A stretch of DNA of 64,000 bases from Pyrinomonadaceae bacterium (GTDB lineage Bacteria; Acidobacteriota; Blastocatellia; Pyrinomonadales; Pyrinomonadaceae), in assembly GCA_046313635.1 (NCBI GenBank), contig JBKBYA010000001.1:384001-448000 (forward strand). The letters run 5' to 3'. Position 1 is the first letter of the stretch. Every line of letters begins with the position of its first letter. This document shows positions 55,344-64,000 of this stretch, one piece after another. The position numbers were made by a program, and so were the translations under genes. Below the pieces are notes generated by a model. It did no database searches, was not told where the DNA came from, and saw nothing but the letters and a program-made list of their open reading frames with translations.

Positions 55344-56486
55344 ATGAAAGAAGAAACTCGAGCAAAACTGTCCACTGCTACGCTCCGCGCCTACGTGATG
55401 ATCGTCGTGCTTGCGGTGATCTGGCTCTTTTTTCATTGGGCGACGAGCTCGATATTTCTCACGCCGCGGAATCTCTCAAACCTGATGACGCAGATGTCGG
55501 TGACCGGCATTCTCGCCGTCGGCATGCTGATGGTGATCGTCTCGGGCAATATCGATCTCTCGGTCGGCTCGGTGCTCGGGCTCGCGGGCGGTGTCGCGGC
55601 GTACTCGCTGACCGTGCTCGACTACGGGCTCGCGCCGTCGATCGCGCTCGCGGTCGGCGTGGGCCTATTGATCGGCATGTTTCACGGCGCTCTGACGGCG
55701 TATCTGAACATCCCCGCCTTCATCGTCACGCTCGGCGGCCTGCTCGCGTGGCGCGGTGCCGTAAAGTGGCTGCTCGCGGGCAACACCGTTCCGATCTCGA
55801 ACGAGACGTTCAAGGCGATCGGACAAAGCAATCTGCCGGTGATGTGGGGCTGGATGCTGGCGGGCGTCGCGATCGCGTTCGTCTTTGCGCTGGCGTTTCG
55901 CAATGCGCGTTCGGTAAAGGATTACGGACTCGGTGAAGCTCCGTACGGCACAGAGATGGTCAAGGCGGTGATCCCGGCGGCGGCGATCGTCGCATTTATC
56001 TGGGTGATGAACTCGTACAACGGCGTCCCGATCCCGGTGCTGATACTGCTCGTCGTCGCGCTCGCCGGTGCCTTTATCACCAACTCGACCGTCTTCGGCC
56101 GGTACCTCTACGCGATCGGCGGCAATGCCGACGCGGCACGTCTCTCGGGCATCGACAACAAGCGAAACGTGCTCAAGGTCTTTGCACTGCTCGGCACGCT
56201 CACGGGCATTGCGGCGCTCATCTTTACCGCCCGCGTCGGCAGCGGCGAGCCCGGAGCCGGCACGCTCAAAGAGCTCGACGCGATCGCCGCATGCGTCATC
56301 GGCGGGGCCTCGCTCGTCGGCGGACGCGGGACGATCTTTGGCGCGTGCCTCGGCGCGCTGATCATGGCGAGCCTCGACAACGGAATGTCGCTGCTCGGCG
56401 TCAAGGACTTTCTGCAGGACATCATCAAGGGCGGGATACTCGTCGCCGCGGTCGGTCTCGATATGGCGGGCCGGTCGCGGACCTAA
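55344..56486 (+). CDS. xylH: Sugar (xylose-type) ABC transporter permease
   Basis: IDLSVGS, PAFIVTLGG, YAIGGN, ELDAIAACVIGG. Confidence 0.85.
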   Translation: MKEETRAKLSTATLRAYVMIVVLAVIWLFFHWATSSIFLTPRNLSNLMTQMSVTGILAVGMLMVIVSGNIDLSVGSVLGLAGGVAAYSLTVLDYGLAPSIALAVGVGLLIGMFHGALTAYLNIPAFIVTLGGLLAWRGAVKWLLAGNTVPISNETFKAIGQSNLPVMWGWMLAGVAIAFVFALAFRNARSVKDYGLGEAPYGTEMVKAVIPAAAIVAFIWVMNSYNGVPIPVLILLVVALAGAFITNSTVFGRYLYAIGGNADAARLSGIDNKRNVLKVFALLGTLTGIAALIFTARVGSGEPGAGTLKELDAIAACVIGGASLVGGRGTIFGACLGALIMASLDNGMSLLGVKDFLQDIIKGGILVAAVGLDMAGRSRT

Positions 56487-56513
56487 GCGGCGCCGATACT
56501 TGAGAGGTGCGAT

Positions 56514-57089
56514 ATGAAGAACTTTATAAAACTCCGAACAATGACGTGGCTTGCAGCATTGCCGCTCGTGATCGTGCTGGGTGGTCCGCTGCTCTCGCAC
56601 GCCCAATCGCGTACGTCATTCGAAGCGCGTCTCAAGGAACTCAAGATCGAATTGCCGCCGGCGCCGAGGCCGCTCGCGTCGTACGTCCCGGCCGTAAGGG
56701 CCGGAAATTTGATATTCCTCGCGGGCCAGGGCCCTTTGCGTGCCGGAGTGCCGACGATGAACGGCAAGGTCGGCGCCGACCTGACCGAGGAGCAGGGCTA
56801 TCGCGCCGCTCGCGAAACGATACTAGTGTCGCTGGCCGCCCTGCGTGCGGAGATAGGATCGCTCGACCGGGTGAAGCGCATCGTCAAGCTCACGGGCTGG
56901 GTAAACAGCGCTCCCGGATTTACGCGGCAGCCGTGGGTCGTCAACGGTGCGTCGGAACTGCTGGTCGAGATATTCGGCGATGCCGGGAAGCATGCGAGGA
57001 GCTCGGTGGGCGCCAACGAGCTGCCGCTGAACATTCCCGTCGAGATCGAGCTGGTTGTCGAGGTGATGCCGCTGCCCGCGAAGCGTTAA
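56514..57089 (+). CDS. RidA/YjgF-family protein with N-terminal signal-like extension
   Basis: LAGQGP, NGASELL, GKHARSSVG, PVEIE. Confidence 0.9.
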   Translation: MKNFIKLRTMTWLAALPLVIVLGGPLLSHAQSRTSFEARLKELKIELPPAPRPLASYVPAVRAGNLIFLAGQGPLRAGVPTMNGKVGADLTEEQGYRAARETILVSLAALRAEIGSLDRVKRIVKLTGWVNSAPGFTRQPWVVNGASELLVEIFGDAGKHARSSVGANELPLNIPVEIELVVEVMPLPAKR

Positions 57090-57094
57090 GATGA

Positions 57095-58087
57095 TCAGCC
57101 GCCGATAAAGCTCATCGACCTCGACGCAGGTTTGAAGTCCGGATCATTGATATGATGCCGGGCTTCTTTTTTGAGCGTGACGTGGCGAATGAAGTCGACG
57201 AGCTCCGAGCGCGTCGCACCGCTGCGCAGGTAATCGCGGAGGTTGTGTTCGACCATTGAGAAGAGGCACGTCCGGATCTGGCCGTCGGCCGTGAGCCTGA
57301 TACGCGAGCACTGCCCGCAAAACATCTCGGTCACCGGAGCGATGATGCCGATGCCGCCCGGCGAGCCGTCGGCAAAATCGTACTTCCAGGCGGTCGAGCT
57401 GCCGCGCGTCGAGCTTCTCAGCTTGAGCGGCACGGCGGCTCCGATCTTGTCCACGATCTCGCGGCCGGGTACGACCTTTTCACGCGTCCAGTCGTGGCCC
57501 GAGTCGAGCGGCATATACTCGATGAATCGCATCTCTACGCCGTGCCGCTGCGCAAATCGAGCAAAATCGACCAACTCGTCGTCGTTGCGACCGCGGACGA
57601 TCACCGCATTGATCTTGACCGGTTCGAAGCCGTGCGCCTTTGCCGCCTCGATCGCGCGAAAGACCTCCTCGAGCGAGTCCGAGCCGGTAAACTCGCGAAA
57701 CCGGCGAGTATCGAGCGTGTCGAGGCTGAGCGTCATCCGGTCGAGACCGGCGGTCTTGAGAGCCGCAGCCTTTTCCGGAACACGGAAGCCGTTGGTCGTC
57801 AGGGCGAGATCTTTAAGCGCGGGCTTGAGTTTTGCGAGGCGGCGAATGAGCTCTTCGATGTTACGCCGCAGCATCGGCTCTCCGCCCGTCAGCCGGATCT
57901 TTTCGATGCCGAGCGAGACAAAGATGTCGGAGACGTATTCGATCTCCTCAAACGTGAGCAGCGTCTCGCGGCGAGCGAGCGGCGGTTCGCCATTCGGCAG
58001 GCAGTAGAAGCAGCGAAAGTTGCACCTGTCGGTGAGCGAGATCCTGAGATCGCGGATCGTTCGATTGTGGCCGTCGGTCAAAAGCAC
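57095..58087 (-). CDS. moaA: GTP 3',8-cyclase
   Basis: LRISLTDRCNFRCFYC, FCGQCSRIR, C-terminal IGG; GTG start chosen. Confidence 0.96.
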   Translation of the reverse strand: MLLTDGHNRTIRDLRISLTDRCNFRCFYCLPNGEPPLARRETLLTFEEIEYVSDIFVSLGIEKIRLTGGEPMLRRNIEELIRRLAKLKPALKDLALTTNGFRVPEKAAALKTAGLDRMTLSLDTLDTRRFREFTGSDSLEEVFRAIEAAKAHGFEPVKINAVIVRGRNDDELVDFARFAQRHGVEMRFIEYMPLDSGHDWTREKVVPGREIVDKIGAAVPLKLRSSTRGSSTAWKYDFADGSPGGIGIIAPVTEMFCGQCSRIRLTADGQIRTCLFSMVEHNLRDYLRSGATRSELVDFIRHVTLKKEARHHINDPDFKPASRSMSFIGG

Positions 58088-58139
58088 TGTGGGAATGATA
58101 GTACTTTGCTCAGCGGTGACAAAGCCGATGTGGCCGAGC

Positions 58140-58180
58140 ATTAATTACTAATTAGTGAATTATTAATTAGTAATTAGTTT
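58140..58180. repeat. AT-rich palindromic heptamer array (TAATTAG/CTAATTA)
   Basis: ATTAATTACTAATTAGTGAATTATTAATTAGTAATTAG in GC-rich surroundings. Confidence 0.75.
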
Positions 58181-59101
58181 TCGTTTCTTTGAGAGTGCGG
58201 CGGCGTTGCGTTTGAGTCCTGTCAGCTTTGCACGCTTGATCGCGCTGCGGCGAAAGCGCTCGGCGTATTCGGGATGCTCCATCGACTCGACGCGGTCGAG
58301 CTCGAGCGACGTCTCGCCGTAACGCGGTTCGAAACGCGATTCGGCGGTCGGTTTTTCAAAGCGGTTCCACGGGCAGACGTCCTGGCAGACGTCGCAGCCG
58401 TAGAGCCAGCCGTCCAAATTGTCGGCGACGGGCCGCGGTATCTCTTCGTCGCGAAGTTCGATCGTCGCGTACGAGATGCAGCGCGTCGAATCGACGACGT
58501 ACGGCTGAAGGATCGCGCCGGTCGGGCACGCGTCGAGGCACGCCGTGCACGTGCCGCAGTGATCGGCGATCGGCTCGTCGGGCTCGAGGTCGAGATCAAG
58601 AATTATCTCGCCGAGAAAGACCCACGAGCCGAGCTCGCGCGTGATGAGATTTGAGCTTTTGCCGATCCAGCCGAGGCCCGCACGCGCGGCCCACGCCTTG
58701 TCCATCACCGGTGCGGTGTCGACGCAGGCTTTGCCGGCGGCGCCGGGGAACTCTTTCGTGATCCAGTCGAGCAGTGCATTCAGCTTTTCGCGGACGACGT
58801 CGTGATAATCGTCGCCCCATGCGTAACGAGAGATCTTGCCCGCCGCATCGTCGTGCTCGTACGGCGTGTAGTAGTTGAGCGCGACGGCGACGACGGACCG
58901 CGCCTCGGGGAAGACGAGTCGCGGGTCGGCACGCTTCTCCGGGTCGCGCTCGAGCCAACGCATCTCGCCCTGAAAGCCCGCATCGAGCCACGCTTTGAAC
59001 CGCGCGGCCTCGGGCTCGAGGCGCTCGAGGCGCGCGATGCCGACGAGGTCAAATCCGATCTCGCGTGCCTTTTGTTTTATCTCGAGCGAAAGCGAGCGCA
59101 T
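58163..59101 (-). CDS. queG: Epoxyqueuosine reductase
   Basis: SRYAWGDDYH, CGTCTACLDACP, RCISY, GCDVCQDVCPWN. Confidence 0.96.
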   Translation of the reverse strand: MRSLSLEIKQKAREIGFDLVGIARLERLEPEAARFKAWLDAGFQGEMRWLERDPEKRADPRLVFPEARSVVAVALNYYTPYEHDDAAGKISRYAWGDDYHDVVREKLNALLDWITKEFPGAAGKACVDTAPVMDKAWAARAGLGWIGKSSNLITRELGSWVFLGEIILDLDLEPDEPIADHCGTCTACLDACPTGAILQPYVVDSTRCISYATIELRDEEIPRPVADNLDGWLYGCDVCQDVCPWNRFEKPTAESRFEPRYGETSLELDRVESMEHPEYAERFRRSAIKRAKLTGLKRNAAALSKKRKLITN

Positions 59102-59131
59102 CCGTGTCGATTATGTGCGATAAGACGCAAA

Positions 59132-59169
59132 CAAAAAAACGGCCGGACGGCATTTGCCAACCGGCCGTT
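59132..59169 (-). terminator. Intrinsic terminator of the TonB receptor gene
   Basis: AACGGCCGG...CCGGCCGTT with a T run on the minus strand. Confidence 0.75.
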
Positions 59170-59189
59170 CAAACGGTGTCGGACGAAAG

Positions 59190-62100
59190 TTAGAAGTTCA
59201 GCTTGATACCGAACTGGAACTGTCGCGGGTCAAAGGCCGAGGTCGGGAAGCTGTAGTACTTGCTGCCCTTGCGCCGGCCAAAGGCGTTGACCGCCGTGTA
59301 GAACGGGTTGGCCGCCGCCTCATTGAAACGGTTGAAGAGGTTAAAGCCCTCGGCGATCAGATCGAGCGAGACGCGCTCGCCGAAGCGGATCTTGCGCATC
59401 AGACGAGCATCGAGCGACACGTAGTTGTGCGTGATGCCCATATTGCGCCCGAGATTGCCGTTGGCCGGGAAAACGCCGTTCAGACAGTTTGCGTCAACGT
59501 TGATCTGGCAGAGCGAACCGTCGGCACGCACGTACGGCCGTTCGTTCGTGCTCTGGAAGTCGCCGTTAGCGTCGCCGACCGCAAGGATGTTGAACGGACG
59601 GCCCGATCCGAACTCGAAGATCGGAGCGAACGTGAAGCCGTGCATGAACTTTTGCCAGCCGTTGCCGCTCCTCCATCTCTCGGGCGACGAGATCACGCCG
59701 CTGAAGACGAAGCGGTGACGCTGGTCAAACAGCGAATCCGAGCGCTCGGCGCGGAAGTTCGTGTTGTCCTGCGGCTTGAGCAGCGTCTGCAGATCTGACG
59801 AGTCGTCGATCGAGTGCGACCACGTCCACGTCGCGAGGAACTGGAGGTTTTGCGAAAAGCGCTTTTTGACCTCGACATTCAGCGCGTTGTAGTACGAGTT
59901 GCCGTCCGAGAGCTGGGCGTTGACGTCGGCGTACGGATTGATCGGTCCGGGATTGGCGACGCTGCCCTGGATGGCACTGTCAAACGCCGCCTTGTTGACC
60001 AAACCGCCGGTCGCCGAGGCGACAAAGAAGTAGTTAGGCCCGAGACGGCGGAAGTAGTTGGCCGCGATCGGCGAGACGACGCGGCTGCCGAGGTTGGAGA
60101 CCGGGGCGGCGACGAGTCCGGGGATCAGGGCCGCCCAGGTTGCCGACATATTCGTAAAGCACAGCGGTGCCGGAACGCCGGTCGGGCACGGCACGACACG
60201 CGGGTCGGTGCCCGACGACGGGATGCTGATCCCGAATGCAGCTGCCGACAGGCTCGACGGATTGACGCCGAAAAATCGCCTGAAGTTCTCGCGCAACGCG
60301 TCGGTGTTGACCACGTTGACGTCCTGCGGGTGTCCGAGATGACGGGCGTTGACGGTGATGTAGCTTGCCGAGATCGCCATATCCTTGCCGATCATTCGCT
60401 CGATCGCGAGATTGCCCTGGAAGGCCTCGGGATACTGGAAGTCTTTAGACACGTTGAGCGTGAACGGCAGGATCGGCCCGAAACCGGTAAAGGTGCTCGG
60501 GTCAAAGCGCATCTGACCGTACAGGTAGCGGGCCGACGATGCGACGCCGCGCGTCACGGCCGAGCCGCAGATCGTCGGGACCGAGCCCTGCACGCCGCAG
60601 ACCGTGCCGTGCATCACCTGAAAGGCGTTGAAGAGACCGGTCGGCGACGGGCCGCCGATGGGCAAAAGGGTCGCCTGCTGCTGCTGCGAGCCGTCGGCGA
60701 TGTTTGAGTTAAAGGCCACCGCGAGCAGCGGGTGATCGTAGAACATACCGCCCGCGCCGCGGATGATCGTCTTGCCGTCGCCCATCACGTCCCATGCAAA
60801 GCCGACACGCGGGGCCCAGTTGTTAGAGTCGCGCGGGAAGCCCTGCGTCACATTCAGCGCGTCCTGCGCGGTCTGCACGTCCTGCTCGGTGAGCGTGATG
60901 CCCGTGAGCGGATCGCGGAACGGCGAAGGAGCGTACTGCTCGGTAAACTCGATGTCGTAGCGGATGCCGTAGTTGATGGTGAAATTCTTGAACACCTTCC
61001 ACGTATCCTGAGCAAAAAAGGCGACCGGGCGATTCTTCAGCGTGCTGCGCGGATCGCCGAAGCCCTGAATGAAAACGCTCGGAAATCCGAGACCGTACGC
61101 CTGTATCGGCGTGAACGCCGGCCCCGTGCAGCCGGTGATCAGGCCGCTGCACGCCTGCTGGCTGAAATTGAAAAGTCCCGGGAAGTTGAGCTCAAAGGTC
61201 GCGTCGCCGTCGATCCAGTTGACGTCGCCGCCGAACTTGAATGTGTGGCTGCCCGTCGCCCACGTAACGTTGTCGCGGATCTGAATGCGACGCTCGACGC
61301 GATCGACCGGCGAGAAGGGATTGGAGCCGATAAAGCCGGTGCCCGCGATCTGCAGCGCGACGCTCGGTACCTGCGAATCGAACTTCGCTTTGCGCCGGCC
61401 AAAGTTGAAGTAGCCCTCGTTAACGAGGTTATTCGGCAGGATGGTCGTGATCGATCCGGCGAAGGACAGGTCCTTGAGGTCCTGTATTCCCGTACGCGAA
61501 AAGTCGTTCTGGCCGAGCGTCTGATTCTGCGACTCGTCCTGGATGCCGGTGATGTTGCTCGGATTGTAGCCAAAGCGGAACATCAGCTGGTTGCGGCTGT
61601 CGAGCTTGTGATCGACGCGGATCGAGCTGTAGGTCGTATCCTCAGAGATCGGAAAGATCTTGCGGAGCTGAGTGAGCGGACGAAAGGCGATGAATTCGCC
61701 GTTGGCATTGCGTGTGAGCGGGACGGGCGTGCCCGACAGCAAAAAGCGGCCGCCGACGACCGAGCCCTGCGGCACGCCGATGCCCGGCAAAAAGTTGACG
61801 AGCGTGCTCGAGCCATTCAAAGCGGTCTGCCCGCCGATGCTCGCAAAGTGAGCGTAGGCGAGCGCGACGCTCGGGTTGGTCGACAGCGTCGACTGGATAT
61901 AGGCCGCCTGTGCCGGGGTCAGATTGGTAAAGGTCTGCGCGACGGGCAGGAACGGCGAACCGATCGTGATGCTCGATGTCGCGGCGCCCGATGCGTCGCG
62001 GCCGATGATATCGCCGGTAAAAAATCCCGACTCCTGCCGCCGGCGCTGCTCAAACGATCCGAAAAAGAACGTCCTTTCTTTGACGATCGGCCCGCCTACC

Positions 62101-63002
62101 GTAAAGCCGTACTGCACGCGCGTGTAAGGCGGCTTCTTTTTGGGATCGCCGTCGATCACCGGCGCAAATGCGTTGCGGGCCTGAATGCTCTTGTCGCGGA
62201 TAAAGCCAAAGAGATTGCCGCGAAAGTCGTTGCCGCCGCGCTTGGTGACGACGTTGATGATGCCGCCGGTCGCGCGGCCAAACTCGGGCAGGTACGAGTT
62301 GGTCGTGATCTGATATTCCTCGACGGCCTCCTGCGACACGGTCGAGCGTGCGGCGTTGACCGAGTTGTCGGTAAAGTCGGCTCCGTCGACCTGCACGAGC
62401 GTCGAGCGGCCGCGCTGGCCGCCGATATTAAGGCCGGACGTCGGGGCCGGGCCGACCGGGCGGCCGTTGTCGCGCCCGACGGTCGAGATCGTCAGCGCAA
62501 AGCCGGTCGCGCTGCGCTCGTTGATCGGCAGATTTTGAATACGCGTCTGATCGATCGTGTTGGCGACCGTCGAGCGGGTCGGCTCGATCAGCTGCACATC
62601 TTCGCCCGAGACGTTGACGACCGCGTCCTGCGCGCCGACCTCGAGCTTGACGCCCAGCTCGGCGCTCTGGCCGACCGACAGCTTGACCGGCGAGATGACG
62701 ACCTTTTTGAAATTGGCGGCCTCGGCGGTGATCGAGTATTCGCCGGGCGGCAGGCCGATGAATTTGTATTTGCCGTCGTCGCCCGCCGTGACGGTGCGGG
62801 TGATGCCGGTCGAGTTGTCTTTGGCGGTGACGGTAGCGCCGGCGACAACAGCCCCGTTGGGATCGGTGACCGTGCCAGCGAGGTCGGCGGCGGTCGCCTG
62901 GGCCTGTGCCCAGGCACCGACCGTCATGACCATGACCGTCACTGCCAGGACCGCAAACCGGACCGTCGCCGAAAATAGTTTTGACGTCTTTGCTCTCATC
63001 AA
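59190..63002 (-). CDS. Oar-like TonB-dependent outer-membrane receptor
   Basis: Signal peptide, carboxypeptidase-regulatory-like domain, plug (LPIN, DGAD), APRVGFAWD, C-terminal RQFQFGIKLNF. Confidence 0.93.
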   Translation of the reverse strand: MMRAKTSKLFSATVRFAVLAVTVMVMTVGAWAQAQATAADLAGTVTDPNGAVVAGATVTAKDNSTGITRTVTAGDDGKYKFIGLPPGEYSITAEAANFKKVVISPVKLSVGQSAELGVKLEVGAQDAVVNVSGEDVQLIEPTRSTVANTIDQTRIQNLPINERSATGFALTISTVGRDNGRPVGPAPTSGLNIGGQRGRSTLVQVDGADFTDNSVNAARSTVSQEAVEEYQITTNSYLPEFGRATGGIINVVTKRGGNDFRGNLFGFIRDKSIQARNAFAPVIDGDPKKKPPYTRVQYGFTVGGPIVKERTFFFGSFEQRRRQESGFFTGDIIGRDASGAATSSITIGSPFLPVAQTFTNLTPAQAAYIQSTLSTNPSVALAYAHFASIGGQTALNGSSTLVNFLPGIGVPQGSVVGGRFLLSGTPVPLTRNANGEFIAFRPLTQLRKIFPISEDTTYSSIRVDHKLDSRNQLMFRFGYNPSNITGIQDESQNQTLGQNDFSRTGIQDLKDLSFAGSITTILPNNLVNEGYFNFGRRKAKFDSQVPSVALQIAGTGFIGSNPFSPVDRVERRIQIRDNVTWATGSHTFKFGGDVNWIDGDATFELNFPGLFNFSQQACSGLITGCTGPAFTPIQAYGLGFPSVFIQGFGDPRSTLKNRPVAFFAQDTWKVFKNFTINYGIRYDIEFTEQYAPSPFRDPLTGITLTEQDVQTAQDALNVTQGFPRDSNNWAPRVGFAWDVMGDGKTIIRGAGGMFYDHPLLAVAFNSNIADGSQQQQATLLPIGGPSPTGLFNAFQVMHGTVCGVQGSVPTICGSAVTRGVASSARYLYGQMRFDPSTFTGFGPILPFTLNVSKDFQYPEAFQGNLAIERMIGKDMAISASYITVNARHLGHPQDVNVVNTDALRENFRRFFGVNPSSLSAAAFGISIPSSGTDPRVVPCPTGVPAPLCFTNMSATWAALIPGLVAAPVSNLGSRVVSPIAANYFRRLGPNYFFVASATGGLVNKAAFDSAIQGSVANPGPINPYADVNAQLSDGNSYYNALNVEVKKRFSQNLQFLATWTWSHSIDDSSDLQTLLKPQDNTNFRAERSDSLFDQRHRFVFSGVISSPERWRSGNGWQKFMHGFTFAPIFEFGSGRPFNILAVGDANGDFQSTNERPYVRADGSLCQINVDANCLNGVFPANGNLGRNMGITHNYVSLDARLMRKIRFGERVSLDLIAEGFNLFNRFNEAAANPFYTAVNAFGRRKGSKYYSFPTSAFDPRQFQFGIKLNF

Positions 63003-63236
63003 GTTTCTCCTTTTACTGCCGGATGTGATTTTGTTCCGTTGGAACGCCTCGTTGCGGTGGAGACAACGGCGTGAATGCGCAAAGCCGGCAAAACCGAGCC
63101 CAGCGTCATCAGATAATGAATTGTTACCAACGGGTGACTAAAAGGCTGCAATAGCTGTGAAGTTTTTAACGCAAAAACGGCATTTAGGCAAGCAGTTACG
63201 CGGGTCCTGGCTTTTTGCCCGAGGCGGCCGGTCGGC

Positions 63237-64000
63237 TCACGGAGCTCTCGTCAGTCGAGCGAGGCCGCTGCGGGCGGCGGAGCTGAGCGATAGAGCGCGA
63301 ACGAGCGTCTCGGCAGCGCGGGGCATAAAAGCCGCCCGACGAAGGATCGACGAGACGAGCAGACGGCGTCTGAAACGCGCGCGGCTCGACGCCTCATACG
63401 ACCCGGCGATCGCTGCGAACGAGCGTTCTCGGCAGCCCGCAATGCACTCGGCGAGCAGCGCCGAGCTCTCTAGCGCGAGCAGCATCCCGCTGCCCGTGAA
63501 AGGGTCGATGAACGCCGCGGCGTCGCCGACCGTCAGGAGCTTGCCGAGCGGGGCCCTTTCGACGCTGCCAAAGCTCGGCACGGCGACGGCGAGCCATTCG
63601 CCCGCGCGGACGGCCGGGCCGAGCGTCTCGGCGGCGCGCGGATTCTGCATCACGATCTCGCTGACGAGAGCGTCGTTTTCGCCGCAGCGTCTGACCGCCT
63701 CGGCCCTGATCAGCATGCAGTGATTTGCCGCAGAGCCCTCGACATTGCTCAGGCCGCTGTAGCCGCCCGGGAACGAGTAGATCTCGCACGCGCCGCGCGG
63801 CACGGCCGCGCCGCGGAGGTGGCACTTGAGACCGACGATCCTCTCCGGAGGGCGCGAATTGTCGAGCCTTGAGCCAAAGGCGCGGGCCGCGAGCTTGACC
63901 AGCGCCCGCGCCCGGCCGGTCGCGTCCACGAGCAGTCGCGGCTCGACGCGCCGCGAGACGTTCGCGGCGTCGATCGCGACCTCGCGTATCTCGCCGCCGT
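63237..64000 (-). CDS. FAD-dependent oxidoreductase (geranylgeranyl reductase-like), 5'-truncated by window
   Basis: VDATGR and VGDAAAFIDPFTGSGM motifs. Confidence 0.85.
   Translation of the reverse strand, partial: GGEIREVAIDAANVSRRVEPRLLVDATGRARALVKLAARAFGSRLDNSRPPERIVGLKCHLRGAAVPRGACEIYSFPGGYSGLSNVEGSAANHCMLIRAEAVRRCGENDALVSEIVMQNPRAAETLGPAVRAGEWLAVAVPSFGSVERAPLGKLLTVGDAAAFIDPFTGSGMLLALESSALLAECIAGCRERSFAAIAGSYEASSRARFRRRLLVSSILRRAAFMPRAAETLVRALSLSSAARSGLARLTRAP

Noticed and set aside
63003..63236. Riboswitch or sigma-54 site upstream of the TonB receptor
   Set aside because: No cobalamin or TPP core motifs recognised; the TGGAAC...TTGC match has 11-nt spacing and the wrong orientation.

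Overview
GC-rich bacterial chromosomal window. Gene content (C-terminal FG-GAP modules, Oar-type TonB receptor, DUF3857 pair) suggests Acidobacteriota, probably Blastocatellia/Pyrinomonadaceae; this is inference. It holds about 50 mostly housekeeping or envelope CDSs (HK/RR pair, desaturase, radical SAMs, lpxL, pta, clpC, dxs, DsbA/VKOR, ECF sigma/anti-sigma, M16 protease, ruvB, topoisomerase IB, fbaB, msrA, acs, xylG/xylH, moaA, queG). No rRNA, tRNA, CRISPR array, prophage or classical transposase was seen. The most interesting signals are non-coding. (1) A GxxExxY PD-(D/E)xK-type nuclease gene enclosed by 41-bp imperfect inverted repeats built from ~9-mer units sits between xylG and xylH. 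Gene-less copies of the same repeat family, plus 7- and 8-mer analogues, are scattered through intergenic spaces, giving a candidate autonomous/non-autonomous mobile system. (2) A perfect sigma-54 promoter precedes a ~260-nt structured region without a credible ORF, followed by a second sRNA candidate. (3) An in-frame internally deleted DUF3857 paralogue. (4) A 128-bp tandem duplication that copies a start codon. (5) REP/REPIN-like palindromes, CpxR-type boxes and many apparently leaderless genes. All product calls come from motif recognition, not database searches.
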